DNA from: Paramoeba atlantica
Lineage: Eukaryota; Protista; Discosea
Assembly (NCBI GenBank): GCA_977017575.1
Contig: CDRNVI010000062.1
Span: 76,250 to 140,249 of the forward strand
Length of the DNA: 64,000 bases
Direction: 5' to 3'
The notes beneath the pieces are model-generated. The model was not told the origin of the DNA. It was given only the letters and a program-made list of their open reading frames with translations, and did not search any database. Below, in pieces: positions 10,531 through 21,921 of the stretch (positions are counted from its first letter, which is position 1; every line of letters begins with the position of its first letter). Position numbers and translations under genes: made by a program.

Positions 10531-12462
10531 TTAATAATTCACCCGATTTCCACCATTTGCTACACACTCTTGCAGCCTTCTTTCAAAGGAGTCAACTACT
10601 GTTTGAGCCAGCTCACGAGCTTTTGGACTCCTCAAAAATTCTTCAGATACCTGGATAATCTCGGATTGCGTATTCGGACACTTTTTATTCTTCTCCTGTA
10701 TTAAAAAAGACCAAAAATTTTCAAATAGGAGAAAGGTCAGGAGAATCCGCCGGCCATTTCGGGAGAATAGCTCCATCGGAACTTTTGTAGGTGCGCAAAC
10801 TTTGAGTACCTATTTCATCCCTCGTCCCCCACCACATCATTGTCTTCTTCGCCGTATGTGGCGGTGCTCCGTCATCCTGAAAAATCATGTTAAGGTGAGA
10901 TGCATGGTAAGGAATCCACTGTTTCATCAAGATTTCCTTTCGGTAGTAATAATTTCCTAATTTGCGACCAGGAGGGGGGATCTCACGACTTTCACCGCGA
11001 TACAAAGAGCGTGTGGCCTCGTGTGCGTAAAACTCTGTAAAGTTGTTACACCAATGCCAAAGGATATTACCTTGAATGTCTATGCCACCCCAGAGCATGA
11101 CTTTAGTGGGATGATGTACCCGCGATCGATAAACAACATCTTCATCACTTTGCCAAGCTTTTCGAGTACCGTCCCCGGCATGTACATACGTTTCATCAGT
11201 TATAAGGAGTTTCTTTAAAAAGAGTCCTCCTGTGAGTTGTTGCTCTTTCAACAAAGCCTGACAAAACAGCACCCGGGCTTCCTTCTTTGCAGGGGTCAGA
11301 TTCAGAGTGTTTTTCTTTCTTTTGTACTTATACTTAAATAATTCGACTGCATGTCATTCGATTTAATGTGAACATGTGGCACAGATCCGCCGGAGTGAAG
11401 TATCCCGTTAAGTACAAAACTCGTAGGGCCACGGTATGTGGTGTCTTCAAGCTGCCTTTCTGAGATAAAATCACCGGAAGCCCGCGTCTACGCCGAGTTG
11501 CAAGTTTAGCTGGTCGCCCTCGAGGCTTCTTCGCAGGAGTGATCTTGTCTACCTCACCAGTAGGACCCCTCGACCATTTGTTTTCTTAAATCACGCATGC
11601 TTCGAAGAATTCGCTGCTGCTCTTCAAAAAGTGTAAAATAAGAGTTTTTTAGGGTATCAAGTCTATGGGAATATTCAAGAACTTCGTGCCTAAGCGTCTG
11701 GCACCTTATTTTGCATTCGTCAGATTCGAGTACAGAAACGCGGACGTACTCTTTTGAACGAGCTTCTCGTTCCTCAGATGCATTTATTACCCTCCTGTGA
11801 ATCCGCAGGCTCTTCTTTAAACGTTTTATCGCATTTCTCTGTGCCTGCACAGTTCGATTTAGCGAACTAATTGTTTTTTTAAGAGTGGCTAAAGGTGTGG
11901 TTGAGTTAGAAGCCTCATTTTCGGAAGGGGGTTCCAACGAATCACCGGTAATCTCAATTCGCTCCATCACATGTACGTCCGGGGGTTCGTTGCAGTCTCT
12001 GAGAGCGAGACAAACCTCGGGAGACGTCTTCTGAACTTCTCCACTTTGCTGAATCTGCGGTTCTGGGGGTTCTAAGGCGGGGGATGCTAAAGTGGATGCT
12101 AAGTGATGTGATATACTCTGAGTGATTTCCAATAGATCTGCTTGAAAAGTATGGTCCGCTATGCATTTCGTTGAATGGTGCGTCTGTTGCGATTTTTGAA
12201 AAAAAAAGGGGAGAGTCATATCTTCGGAATCGCAACTTTCCGAACCGATACCTTCACCTACAACGAAAGCGATATCTGAACCACTTTCGTGGTAGGCAGA
12301 TTCGCATTCCTCAGAATCCCCCGAAGTCGAGCAAGAGGAATCATACTCCGTTTCAGAAGCTTCCGAAGGTTCCCAGTCGGTATCCGTTGCGGAAGACGCG
12401 GAAAGACTCTCTGCAGAGAGACTTGAGTCCGTTTGTGACATTGAAAAATAAGAACAAATCAC
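10531..12462 (-). mobile_element. Degenerate IS630-Tc1-mariner transposase gene with a coiled-coil/AT-hook N-terminus (DD49E)
   Basis: ITDET, KVMLWGGI, FQDDGAPPH, WPADSPDLSPI(E)NFW and RLQECVANGG motifs. A frameshift at about 11560 joins ORF 11554-12462 to ...KKPRGRPAK...ADLCHMFTL. About 85 codons are deleted relative to the 55679 copy, and there is a 1-nt insertion at about 10722. Confidence 0.85.
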
Positions 12463-12847
12463 TGAAAGTAGATAATTTTCAGATAAAATTTTGACATAAA
12501 AAATACTCTGGTCAAGTACTGCAAAATGATGAATTCTGACTATTTTTCCGTTGTTATCCTAACGTATCCGAGTAACTACGAAAAAAAACTAGCTAAAAAG
12601 CTCCTTCCATGCTCTCAAAACTTTTGTAACATTTTTTCTGAACGGGGGTGTATGTCTATCTGTTATTAGATTGGGAAAATGTCCTGCGCACGGAAAAAGA
12701 GACAGGGTTACTTACGAACGCTTAAAATGGGCAAAGTATAAAGGGGGCGTCACAAAAACTTTAAAATACTTTCTTTATAGATTTTTAGTCCCAAAGTTTT
12801 CATGAACCCCGAAAATAGGGAGAAAAAGGAAAAAAAAGGCCCAGCTG

Positions 12848-13489
12848 TTAAAATAAACCATCATTCGTATCTCTCAAACGGGTGAGTATACCGTTACTGA
12901 CGATAATTTCTGTTCCCTTCACATCGTAGTACAAGCCCTTCAACTTTCCTTCCACGTCCAAAGTTCCCTCCAAATTTTCGTTGCCATCGAGATGCATGTC
13001 ACACAGAGACGAGGGGAGCATTGAGAAATCAACCCACCCTGCAAAGTGGTTTAAAGAAATGCTCAAGCATTCTATCGAAGGAGGCAAAGACAGAAAATTC
13101 GGCGTTCCACTAAACTTATTGTCCGAAATGCCGAGATTTTCCAATGAAGAGGGGAGACTTTCAAATGGAACGCTTCCCTGTAGTTGATTACTCAACAAAC
13201 TTAACTCTTCTACAGTTCCGGGAAGATAATTCCAATCCAACTCACCACTAAGATAACTGCTCCACCAGTAAATGCCCACCACATTGGAGTCCGAATCACA
13301 TCCAATTCCACACCACTCGCATGCGGGGGTATCGGTACTCCACGTGTCTTGATCCTGTTCCACGTTTTTCACGAATCGTGCCAAGTCATACTCCAGGGGG
13401 AGGGGAACTCCAGCTACCTTTCCCGGGCGCTGACCATGTGGAGCTTCCGAATCCAACGTACGCAACAAAATGTTGTGGTAGATAGACAT
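12848..13489 (-). CDS. Leucine-rich-repeat protein (213 aa)
   Basis: CEWCGIGCDSDSNVVGIYW cap followed by LP..L..L.L.SN.L.G repeats; intact ORF. Confidence 0.8.
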   Translation of the reverse strand: MSIYHNILLRTLDSEAPHGQRPGKVAGVPLPLEYDLARFVKNVEQDQDTWSTDTPACEWCGIGCDSDSNVVGIYWWSSYLSGELDWNYLPGTVEELSLLSNQLQGSVPFESLPSSLENLGISDNKFSGTPNFLSLPPSIECLSISLNHFAGWVDFSMLPSSLCDMHLDGNENLEGTLDVEGKLKGLYYDVKGTEIIVSNGILTRLRDTNDGLF

Positions 13490-13659
13490 GTAGAATGCTT
13501 TTTAAGAGTTTCTAATAAGGAAGAGAAACAAAGGTCACCGTTTATCACTGTCATAAAAACAAATTGTTTTTTATAAGTCTTTGAATCGACAAGTTGTGCA
13601 GAGTCAGGTCGCGTGCTACTGTATTATTGCATTCTAGTGTCAACGTACAATATACAATG

Positions 13660-13762
13660 GTCCTCTGTTAAACGCGGAGGAAGTTTTCAACGCGAACCGC
13701 GCAGCAGCAGTGACCTCTACAAGCACTTGTACTTGAAAACAACCATCGCTTTTAACGAAGCG
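13660..13762. repeat. Degenerate copy of a hairpin mini-element of about 100 bp
   Basis: GTTAAACGCGG.G.AGTTTTCAAC...TTGAAAACAACCATCGC matches the better copies at 53207-53311 and 58000-58090. Confidence 0.5.
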
Positions 13763-13775
13763 ACCAAACATTCTA

Positions 13776-14397
13776 TTATCGCGGACGGGTCAGTATACCG
13801 TTACTGACGATAATTTCTGTTCCCTTCACATCGTAGTACAAGCCCTTCAACTTTCCTTCCACGTCCAAAGTTCCCTCCAAATTTTCGTTGCCATCGAGAT
13901 GCACGTCACACAGAGACAAGGGGAGCATTGAGAAATCAGCCCACCCTGCAAAGTGGTTTAAAGAAATGCTCAAGCATTCTATCGAAGGAGGCAAAGACAG
14001 AAAATTCGGCGTCCCAGTAAACTTATTGTCCGAAATGCTGAGATTTTCCAATGAAGAGGGGAGACTTTCAAATGGAACGCTTCCCTGTAGTTGATTACTC
14101 AACAAACTTAACTCTTCTACAGTTCCGGGAAGATAATTCCAATCCAACTCACCACTAAGATAATTGCTGCACCAGTAAATGCCCACCACATTGGAGTCCG
14201 AATCACATCCAATTCCACACCACTCGCATGCGAGGGGTATCGGTACTACACGTGGTTTCATACACTTCCACGTTTTTCACGAATCGTGCCAAGTCATACT
14301 CCAGGGGGAGGGGAACTCCAGCTACCTTTCCCGGGCGCTGACCATGTGGAGCTTCCGAATCCAACGTACGCAACAAAATGTTGTGGTAGATAGACAT
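13776..14397 (-). pseudogene. Tandem duplicate of the 12848 LRR gene with a 1-nt insertion
   Basis: Near-identical sequence at about 0.9 kb offset; GAGGGG versus GGGGG at about 14232-14237 breaks the frame; 3' end altered (ILTRPR*). Confidence 0.8.
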
Positions 14398-14901
14398 GCA
14401 GAATGCTTTTTAAGAGTTTCTAATAAGGAAGAAAAACGAAGGCCACTTTTATCTTTGCCATAAAAGCCGTTTTTGGAAGCATTGTTCTTGCGTACTTACT
14501 TTGTCAGTCCTTGAATAGGAAAGTTATGCAGAGTAGGGTCGAGTTCTACTAAAAGTTACAAGAATACAATTACCGTCGACACCATATATTTTACGTCTGG
14601 ATGTACGTTCCCAAAGAAGCGATCGTAAAAGTGAAATTCATACTTGACCCACTTGACCGTGTAGAGAGATCTGGCTAATAATCTACCGGTCACGAGTTAA
14701 AAAACAAAACGAAGAGGTTCTACTTTCAAGCTTTTGTCTGTTACTAAATTCTACTCCTTCATTTAAAACAAAAAAAGAACAGCACAACAAATCGTATGCA
14801 TCAATGTATAAAGTTTACCTTGTATCTACCCCCCTATTCCCCGTTTTTTCATCCATACTTGCCTATTCTCCCCTCCCCCCTTTTCCCCTCTTTCCCCTCC
14901 T

Positions 14902-15846
14902 TTACTTTCGCGGTTCCTGAAAATGAAACCTTTGCGCGCCACATAGCGCCATGGTACGGTCAAAAATCGCAAACTGCCCCGCCGTCAGGGCACCAATCAT
15001 CACACAACGCGCCCCGAGTCCCTGCACACACAATGTTCGAAACCCCGTCGCCTTTGCGAGCCGTACCAACCGCGTGGGAATACTCCCCTCCCCCCCGGCG
15101 TTCGGGGATTTATTAATCTTCGACAACAACGTATCGGCGGGATGCGAAATCACCGCAGCCGCAATCCCCGCCACCAACCCCGACCCCACCGCCACCGCCA
15201 TATGCTGCCCCCCCGTCACCCTCCCCGGGTCCACCCCCCCGACGCGGTACATCCCCTCCGCGACCCGTCCCTGCACCGCGAACTTCGCCATCGTGTACGG
15301 GACCTGTTTCAGCACGATCGGGCCCAGCCCACGGTAGAACCCCCGCACCACCCCCTCCGCGGCATAGATCCTCGGCACCGCCGCGACCATCCCGGGCGCG
15401 AACCCGGGGTCCGCCACGAGACGGATCCGGGTCGCCTCCAGGGGGCAGAGGAAGAGGTCCGCGACCGTCTCCGCGACCGCCGCGGAGGCGAGATCGATCG
15501 CGGTGCGGTGCCCCCACGCGGCCTCCCCCCCGAGCCGGGCCGCGGCGGTGGTCCTCAGCAGCTCCACCCCGCCGAACTTGAGCCCGCCCTGGAGGAAGTA
15601 CCCGAGGGCGGTGGGGCCGAGCCCGAGGGCCAGGGCCCCGGGGCCCTCGGCGCGGACGACCTGGGAGAGGGCCGCGAGGACCCCGGGGGGGTAGCGCCCG
15701 GGGTGGAGCTGCATGCGGGTCTTGACGACGTCGAGGGGGCAGACCGCGGCGTGGGTGAGGCTGCAGCAGAGGCCACCGGCAAGGCCGGCTTTGAGGTAGT
15801 AACGGGCGTCGTAGGGGGGGGTGGTGGTGGGGGGGGGGAGGGACAT
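14902..15846 (-). CDS. SLC25A3: Mitochondrial phosphate carrier (SLC25 family)
   Basis: CSLTHAAVCPLDVVKTRMQ, LGYFLQGGLKFGGVE, CPLEATRIRLV, KQVPYTMAKF and SHPADTLLSKIN are phosphate-carrier signatures; very GC-rich. Confidence 0.95.
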   Translation of the reverse strand: MSLPPPTTTPPYDARYYLKAGLAGGLCCSLTHAAVCPLDVVKTRMQLHPGRYPPGVLAALSQVVRAEGPGALALGLGPTALGYFLQGGLKFGGVELLRTTAAARLGGEAAWGHRTAIDLASAAVAETVADLFLCPLEATRIRLVADPGFAPGMVAAVPRIYAAEGVVRGFYRGLGPIVLKQVPYTMAKFAVQGRVAEGMYRVGGVDPGRVTGGQHMAVAVGSGLVAGIAAAVISHPADTLLSKINKSPNAGGEGSIPTRLVRLAKATGFRTLCVQGLGARCVMIGALTAGQFAIFDRTMALCGAQRFHFQEPRK

Positions 15847-16280
15847 GTTTGGAGGAAAGGGGAAGTGTGTAGGGAAGTGGAGGGGAGGGTTATGGTGGGG
15901 GGAAAAAGGGGTGTGTTTTTTATCAGGGGTCCCTAAAAATTTATAGATCTAGTTTATGGTATTTCAAAAAAAAGTATAGTACTATAAATGCCATTTATAG
16001 CACTATAAATACTTTAAAGTGTTTGAGAAAGTCTATTTTTAAGGGAGGCTAAAAGGGGTTCAAGAAGCCAAAAATTGTATTGGATGTTGTAAGGGGTGCT
16101 CATCTCGGGGGCCTGGCGTTCGGCTCGCAGTTCCGGGGTTGAAAACCCTTTTCTGAGATGGCAGTCTCAGGGAGACTCCATGTTGAGGGTGTCAAAAGCT
16201 TGCCGAGAACTAGTTGGTCGGCGTAGTGTAAGATAAACTCTATAACCTAAAATTCTTCTTACCTAAAATTCTTATTTTCT

Positions 16281-16483
16281 ATGAGGCCCACACCACGTTA
16301 CGTAAAGAAACAAATTGCAGAGCTCTACGACAGCGGTGTGTCTATGAGGTCCATCTCTGATACAGTAAATTTAAGTATCTCAACAATTTCTATGATATTA
16401 AAAAAAGAAAGGCCCAGGTGGACAGTATGCCTGCCCGTATGAAGGCAGTGCTGAAGGCTCGTGGGGGGAATACTAAATACTAA
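16281..16483 (+). mobile_element. Internally deleted Tc1-like transposase
   Basis: N-terminal HTH (KQIAELYDSGVSMRSISDTVNLSISTISMILKK) joined out of frame to the Tc1 C-terminus VDSMPARMKAVLKARGGNTKY*. Confidence 0.7.
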
Positions 16484-17008
16484 TTTTACGGGCATAATCT
16501 CTCTTGGGCGATTACGTTTCATCTATTTTTTGGGACAAGATTTTCTCTATAATAGGTAGCAAAAAAACCGTTCGAATGCTAAACTTTTTTATATTCATTC
16601 TTATTTCTTTGGTAGAACGAACTGAGGCGAACTATCTACGGGTACTATTAGGTGACACTCATGCCTACACCATTAGCACACATTACCAACGCAACGGTGA
16701 TATTTAATCAATAGCTCTATACAAAAGAAAAAAAACCGAAACATTCGAACGGTTTTTTTGCCGACTGTAGGTTCACCTTTTGTTGCCCTTTTTTCGATGT
16801 TGGCATTCACTTATGTCGATTTTTGCATGGTCTTATATCGATGTTTGCATGCCGATGTGCTAGTCGAGAGAGTTCATGCTAATCGAGCAGCTTCATGAAT
16901 TCTACTAAGAGTTAAAGTAATTGGGAAAGTCTCAGCTGAGCTGGTAAGTATAGAAGTAAGTGAGCTTCTGTTGCTTGCAAAAGATATAGTTTAGAATCTT
17001 TGCCAGTT

Positions 17009-17116
17009 TGTTCCAGGATAGTATACCCATGCCGACTTAGTATACCTACTAGGTATACTAAGTGGCCATGGGACAGGCTACGAGGTATGCTAAGTGGGTA
17101 TGGATATCCTGGAACA
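17009..17116. mobile_element. Hairpin mini-MITE (TGTTCCAGGAT family)
   Basis: TGTTCCAGGAT...ATCCTGGAACA ends with an internal CTTAGTATACC/GGTATACTAAG stem. Confidence 0.55.
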
Positions 17117-17801
17117 TGGTTTAGTAAAAATTTTAAGTAAAATTCCACTAAGATACATACTTTTTTTCCTGTATCGGAAAAAAAACAAAAAAACACCTTA
17201 AAATTTCACCCAAAAATATAGGTTCAAAAAACATCGGTTTAGAGTATTTTTCCGTGGTTACGCAGAGAGGTTCCCCTTTTATGCAAAAGAAATTAGTAGA
17301 AAAGCTTGCCCATAGCTTTCACGATGTTTGTCCCATTTTTCGATCATGGGTCTGTAGGTTGAAATCACAAGGGCCTTCAACCGGAATAAACCGCCCACAT
17401 TGTTGCTCAGTCGGTTAAAAAATGCTTTTTTGGAATTTGAGAGGAAAAAATACGAAAACACGAAAAATTTACATTTTAAAAAATGTTGCACAATAAAAAA
17501 TTCGGCGCTGTAGTAGTTTGGGTGAGTACCCATCGAAACGAATTTTTAGTTTTGCGAAAAAATGTACCCATCGAAACGACCTCTTCACATGGTAGTTCGG
17601 ATGAGTACTGTAAGTTTCTGTGAGTTGCTGTGAGTTATTAATAATATTTTGACCCTTTTTTGAATTCAATTTTAAATATTCCTATGCCTTGTAATATTCC
17701 TATATCCTCTTAACATTCCTACCAGGAATATTAACCCGAACAGGGGTTAAATTTGAAAACTTTGGATGTGTAAACCCAGGCTAAAGTGGACGAGGGAGAT
17801 G

Positions 17802-17929
17802 CCAATAGTGCAGGTGCGGAAGTTTCCCACAGGAAAACGGTATCTCCCTTATGACATGAGAACGTGCAGGGGCATGCAAAGGTGGAAATACCGTTTTCCT
17901 GTCGGAAATTGCCGCACCTGCACTGTTGG
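17802..17929. mobile_element. Foldback mini-element
   Basis: Imperfect arms of about 42 bp, CCAATAGTGCAGGTGCGG...GGAAAACGGTAT / ATACCGTTTTCC...CCGCACCTGCACTGTTGG; abuts the next MITE at a TA. Confidence 0.75.
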
Positions 17930-17931
17930 TA

Positions 17932-18835
17932 CAGTAAACGTCACTATTCTCAGAATGCTCAGTTGTACGTTGACACAGAAAAAACGGCTTTTTTGTCGTT
18001 TTTCGTCACTATTCTCAGAATTGGTCTGTTGAACGTTGACAGGCACTTTTTTATGAGGTCAAATCCCAATTCTCATTTTTAAAAAAGAAAACGTTTCGCA
18101 AGAAACACGTTAGCAGCGGAGCAACTGGCCGCTTTGGGTGCACAAAAATGACCCCCAGTGATCTCCAACTATCTCCTCGGTTTACGGAGTCGCCGCTCTA
18201 TCAGTAGAACACCGCGCAGTCAAACAGCGCCAGTTTTCCTTTTGTGTAATAGCGTTTTGTTTTCAGAAAAACAAAGTTTCATTACTCGTAGTCACTTAAA
18301 TCAATGTTGTCTTTTCTTTTTTTGGTCTCACTAAGACATTTGTGTGCCAGTAATAGACCCCCCCCGCAACAGAGATTGGACGATTTTTCGGCTGACCCTC
18401 AGTAACAGAGATTTGGTTCGGGAGGGTGGTTGGAGTGGGGGGGGGGGGTTTGGGCGGGTGGGGGTCGCTGGGCTGGGTGAGGGTGGTTGCGCGGGAGCGA
18501 ATGGCGTAGTTGCGGGGTTGTCAGGGCAGAAAATCAACGAACTCGTGAGTAAAAAAGGTTTTTTCCCACCAAAAAAGCATACCCCCCCAGTAACGGAGAT
18601 TTGGCCATTCGGGTCCAAACTCTCCAGTGAGTGAAGATGAAGCAGTGAGTTAATCATTGAGAAAACGAAAGCGCTTTTTTTTCAATTCTCATTTTTGAGT
18701 GTAAAATTGAATTGAACGTTGACACATGACAGAAGCTCCATTCTCATTTTTCAAGGTGCATTCTCATTTTAGCCAGTTGTACGTTGACAGCCCAATTCTC
18801 ATTTTTAGCGACTCTCAGAATAGTGACGTTTACTG
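17932..18835. mobile_element. TA-flanked MITE, reversed copy of 8233-9274, with a nested truncated CCGTATAC-family MITE
   Basis: TA-CAGTAAACGTCAC...GTGACGTTTACTG-TA; interior is the reverse complement of the 8233 copy. Confidence 0.85.
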
Positions 18836-19014
18836 TATCTCCCTAGTCCACTTCAGCCTGGGTATAAAATTTGTCCAATGGTCCAATGGGGCTTGGCGAT
18901 CCCAATCTCCCAAGCTAACACACGTAGTAAGTCAACGAAACAAGACGCTAAAGAACTAGGGTAAGTCATATCAGAGAGCAATAGAAAATCATGAGAAAAT
19001 GAGGAGAAGTGTGC

Positions 19015-21549
19015 TCATGAAGTGAGCTTAGTTAAGACACTTTTTAGCACATGGGCCATTCCTGCTCTAACGCTTTTTTCCACCATCAGTTGTAGATGCG
19101 AACGATACAGAATTCCACTTAACCATAGTGGGGACCCAGGCTCGGTCTTTGTACTTTCCGTAACAGAAGTTTCATCCTTTTCTCCCCAAGAGAATTCGCC
19201 TACCTCTCGAAATTTCTCAGGAAGAGCCTCGTGCGAGAGCTCCAATGAAATCCACACAGGACCGGGGGAACAGCAGGAATCAAAATCCTCTTCACCCGGT
19301 CCGCACAACAACCTTTCGTCCTGCAAAAGAGTGAGCATTTGCGCCGGTTTCTGCAAACGTACCACACGACGCTGGTCCGTGTGGGGGGCTACCCAACGAG
19401 CTGCCTCAAAGGTAGGACGCCAGGAAAAAGCTTCATAACCTTGGTGCACGTTTGATTTGTACAATATCCCCCCCTCTGTTTCCGAACGCTCCTTGATAGA
19501 GGTAGGTGGCAATTGTTTGTCTACTGTCGTTACCTCCCTTTCGCCAAGCTTCGTGTTTGTCCCCTCCACTTCTTTTTCTCGCCCTTCTTTTCTTTTTTCA
19601 TTGATTTGGAACGCACGAACCCCACACATGGTGATCACCTCCTTGGCCCCTTTATACACCCAGGCATGAAGCATCACATAGGTGCTAAGGGTAAGGCACA
19701 TCACCCTTTTGGGTTCCGAGGGAGTGTGGTCGGTGCCATGTACGACGAGACAAAGCCCCTGTTCGTGTCGTAGTCTCACGGCATCAAGGCCATAGAAATG
19801 TTGAAAATAGTGAATCTCGGATTCGGTGAGATCCCGGTACCGTCGGTACCCACCCCAGTGACCGTAAGGGGTGGTTTTAAAAACAGAAAGAGGAGTCACG
19901 GTGGAAGGAGAAACCGATGGAGTACTATCGGAGCCATTGGACAAACCAAATGGGGGACAAGGCTCTGTGTATCTTCTCCTTTTTTCGTTTCGCACTTCAG
20001 GAGAGGAAGGAGGGCAGGTTTCGCCCCCCTCCGAAACCTCCTGCGCGTTGCGCACAAAAAGGGCGAGAAAAAACCCGCCCGTGTTCTGGGTGTGCGGTAA
20101 CACCCGACCACACATTCTAACCACTTCGTGGTAGCTCGGCGCATTCTTTTCACAATCCTCCCATTTGGCGTTTTCATCCTCTTTATCCGCTATTCTATCC
20201 TTTCCAGCCTCCTTTGGCACCGCGAATTTCACATGCGGCAGCATTTCCCGCACATTGACCAGCCTCACCGATAAAAACGAGCGTTTCACCTCTTGCAACA
20301 CCTTCCACACCACCTCCTCGTTCTCTACCGGATTCATACTACACGTGCTGTACACCAGCACCCCCCTCTCCTGCAGTCTCTCCAGTCCCCTCCTCAAGAT
20401 CTCTTGCTGTGTTTTTTGTAAATTTTTTCCATACCCTTCCTCCCATCTCGGGAGCACCGTATTGTCCTTTCGTGTGGTCCCGTCTCCGGAACATGGCACG
20501 TCACACAGAATGCTCGAAAATTTGATAAAACATTTTAAAAGAGTAGAATATAAAAAAGGAAAACGACGAGCGTCCCCGCGGGTACAAAACACCCACGGGC
20601 TCTGGGCTCTTTTGAGTCGAGCCGGGAGAAGCTGTGTCGCCTTGGTGTGGTCTTTTTCGTTGCACACCAAAACACCCTTTTTTTGAATTCCCAAAAGAGA
20701 ATCTAAAAAATGAAGGGATTTGGATCCCGGAGAGGCGCAAAGGTCGAGGGAAAAGGAATAGAGAAAAGAAGCAGGAAGAGAGGGCGTTTTTGTGTTTGGA
20801 GAGGAAGGTAGAGGGAAAAGATCGTTTTTTTCGGAGAGCGGATGAAATGCAGATGTGCTGAAATTCGAATCCTCCCTTTTTACGTCTATCGAAGAAGACA
20901 CAGATAATGGATGGCTTTTTTCAAGAGGAGAGGAATGTCCGGAAATAAGATGATTCGAAGGACTTATTTTTGTACCCATTGGAGAAGGCACCGACGAAAC
21001 ATCCCCTTTTTCAGGGGAAGAATTATCTCCGGAAGTAGGACGCTCCGAATCATCTACTTTCGTCTCCATCGAAGTGGGCCCGGACAAACCATAAGTCGAT
21101 GGCAGCTCCGATAAGGAACGAGTAGCGGAGAGCAGTAAGTTCACTGGTAACATTGAGACGGCCTCCTGAAATGTCAACAGACCGGCACTGTGGAGTGTAG
21201 TCACCGTTTCATGGGTGTTGGGTTCGTCAAACTTTGTGTTGCTACAAGAAACGGCATGGGAAGGGAAGACACAACAAAGCGGCGTCAGATGGTGCGTCTG
21301 GACAAGGATGTGACACACGAGCCAGTGCCAGGGATGGGAGAGGGTCAGACGAGCGGTCATGGGGAGCGGCTCCGTGAGCATGTGGAGAAAGTTTTCCCAC
21401 TCGGCAGGAGAGTGGATAAAGTGGTCCAGAACGATTCGGTAGTACGACAGAAAAGACTCCGAGGGGGCGACCACAGCGATGTTGCGACGGCGTGAAAGAC
21501 GTTCGTCTCGCTGAGAGGCGTAGAGGGAAGGGGTGCTCTCGGAAGCCAT
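19015..21549 (-). CDS. NSUN2: RNA cytosine-C5 methyltransferase, NSUN2/Trm4 family (844 aa)
   Basis: LDLCASPGSKS (motif I), CDVPCSGDGT (motif IV), YSTCSMNPVENEEVV (motif VI) and RVLPHTQNTGGFFLA. Confidence 0.92.
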   Translation of the reverse strand: MASESTPSLYASQRDERLSRRRNIAVVAPSESFLSYYRIVLDHFIHSPAEWENFLHMLTEPLPMTARLTLSHPWHWLVCHILVQTHHLTPLCCVFPSHAVSCSNTKFDEPNTHETVTTLHSAGLLTFQEAVSMLPVNLLLSATRSLSELPSTYGLSGPTSMETKVDDSERPTSGDNSSPEKGDVSSVPSPMGTKISPSNHLISGHSSPLEKSHPLSVSSSIDVKREDSNFSTSAFHPLSEKNDLFPLPSSPNTKTPSLPASFLYSFSLDLCASPGSKSLHFLDSLLGIQKKGVLVCNEKDHTKATQLLPARLKRAQSPWVFCTRGDARRFPFLYSTLLKCFIKFSSILCDVPCSGDGTTRKDNTVLPRWEEGYGKNLQKTQQEILRRGLERLQERGVLVYSTCSMNPVENEEVVWKVLQEVKRSFLSVRLVNVREMLPHVKFAVPKEAGKDRIADKEDENAKWEDCEKNAPSYHEVVRMCGRVLPHTQNTGGFFLALFVRNAQEVSEGGETCPPSSPEVRNEKRRRYTEPCPPFGLSNGSDSTPSVSPSTVTPLSVFKTTPYGHWGGYRRYRDLTESEIHYFQHFYGLDAVRLRHEQGLCLVVHGTDHTPSEPKRVMCLTLSTYVMLHAWVYKGAKEVITMCGVRAFQINEKRKEGREKEVEGTNTKLGEREVTTVDKQLPPTSIKERSETEGGILYKSNVHQGYEAFSWRPTFEAARWVAPHTDQRRVVRLQKPAQMLTLLQDERLLCGPGEEDFDSCCSPGPVWISLELSHEALPEKFREVGEFSWGEKDETSVTESTKTEPGSPLWLSGILYRSHLQLMVEKSVRAGMAHVLKSVLTKLTS

Positions 21550-21921
21550 TTTATGGAGATCCCAGAAAGGTTTCTTACGGAGTGTAGTTTGAAACTATTT
21601 TTGTAGACTTCAATTTTTTTGAGTGACCCAAGAAATACGAAAATGTAGCTTTTGTTCTTATCCGCGAAATGATTCCTGCAAAAATATCCGGCAAAAAAGT
21701 ACCCTAAATTGACCCTTTTTTTGAGAAAAAAAATATTTTTTGTTTTGTTTTTTACAATTGTTTTTCTTATTTTTGAGTACATACAGGGGTGTCAACTTCC
21801 ATCTGGGGGGGTCTAAAATTTGTAAAACTTGGCCAAGTTCTTAACTTTTTACCAGAGCTTGATCTTTCGCCTTGACGTGGCGCTCTGAATTAACACCCCT
21901 TTCGAGCATAAGGCCGAAGGC

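Noticed and set aside
14796-15936. Multiple overlapping ORFs around the phosphate carrier, and likewise within NSUN2, the OB-fold gene and 36.8-39.1 kb
   Set aside because: These are expected by-products of very high GC and strong codon bias, and their translations are low-complexity Pro/Arg/Gly-rich.
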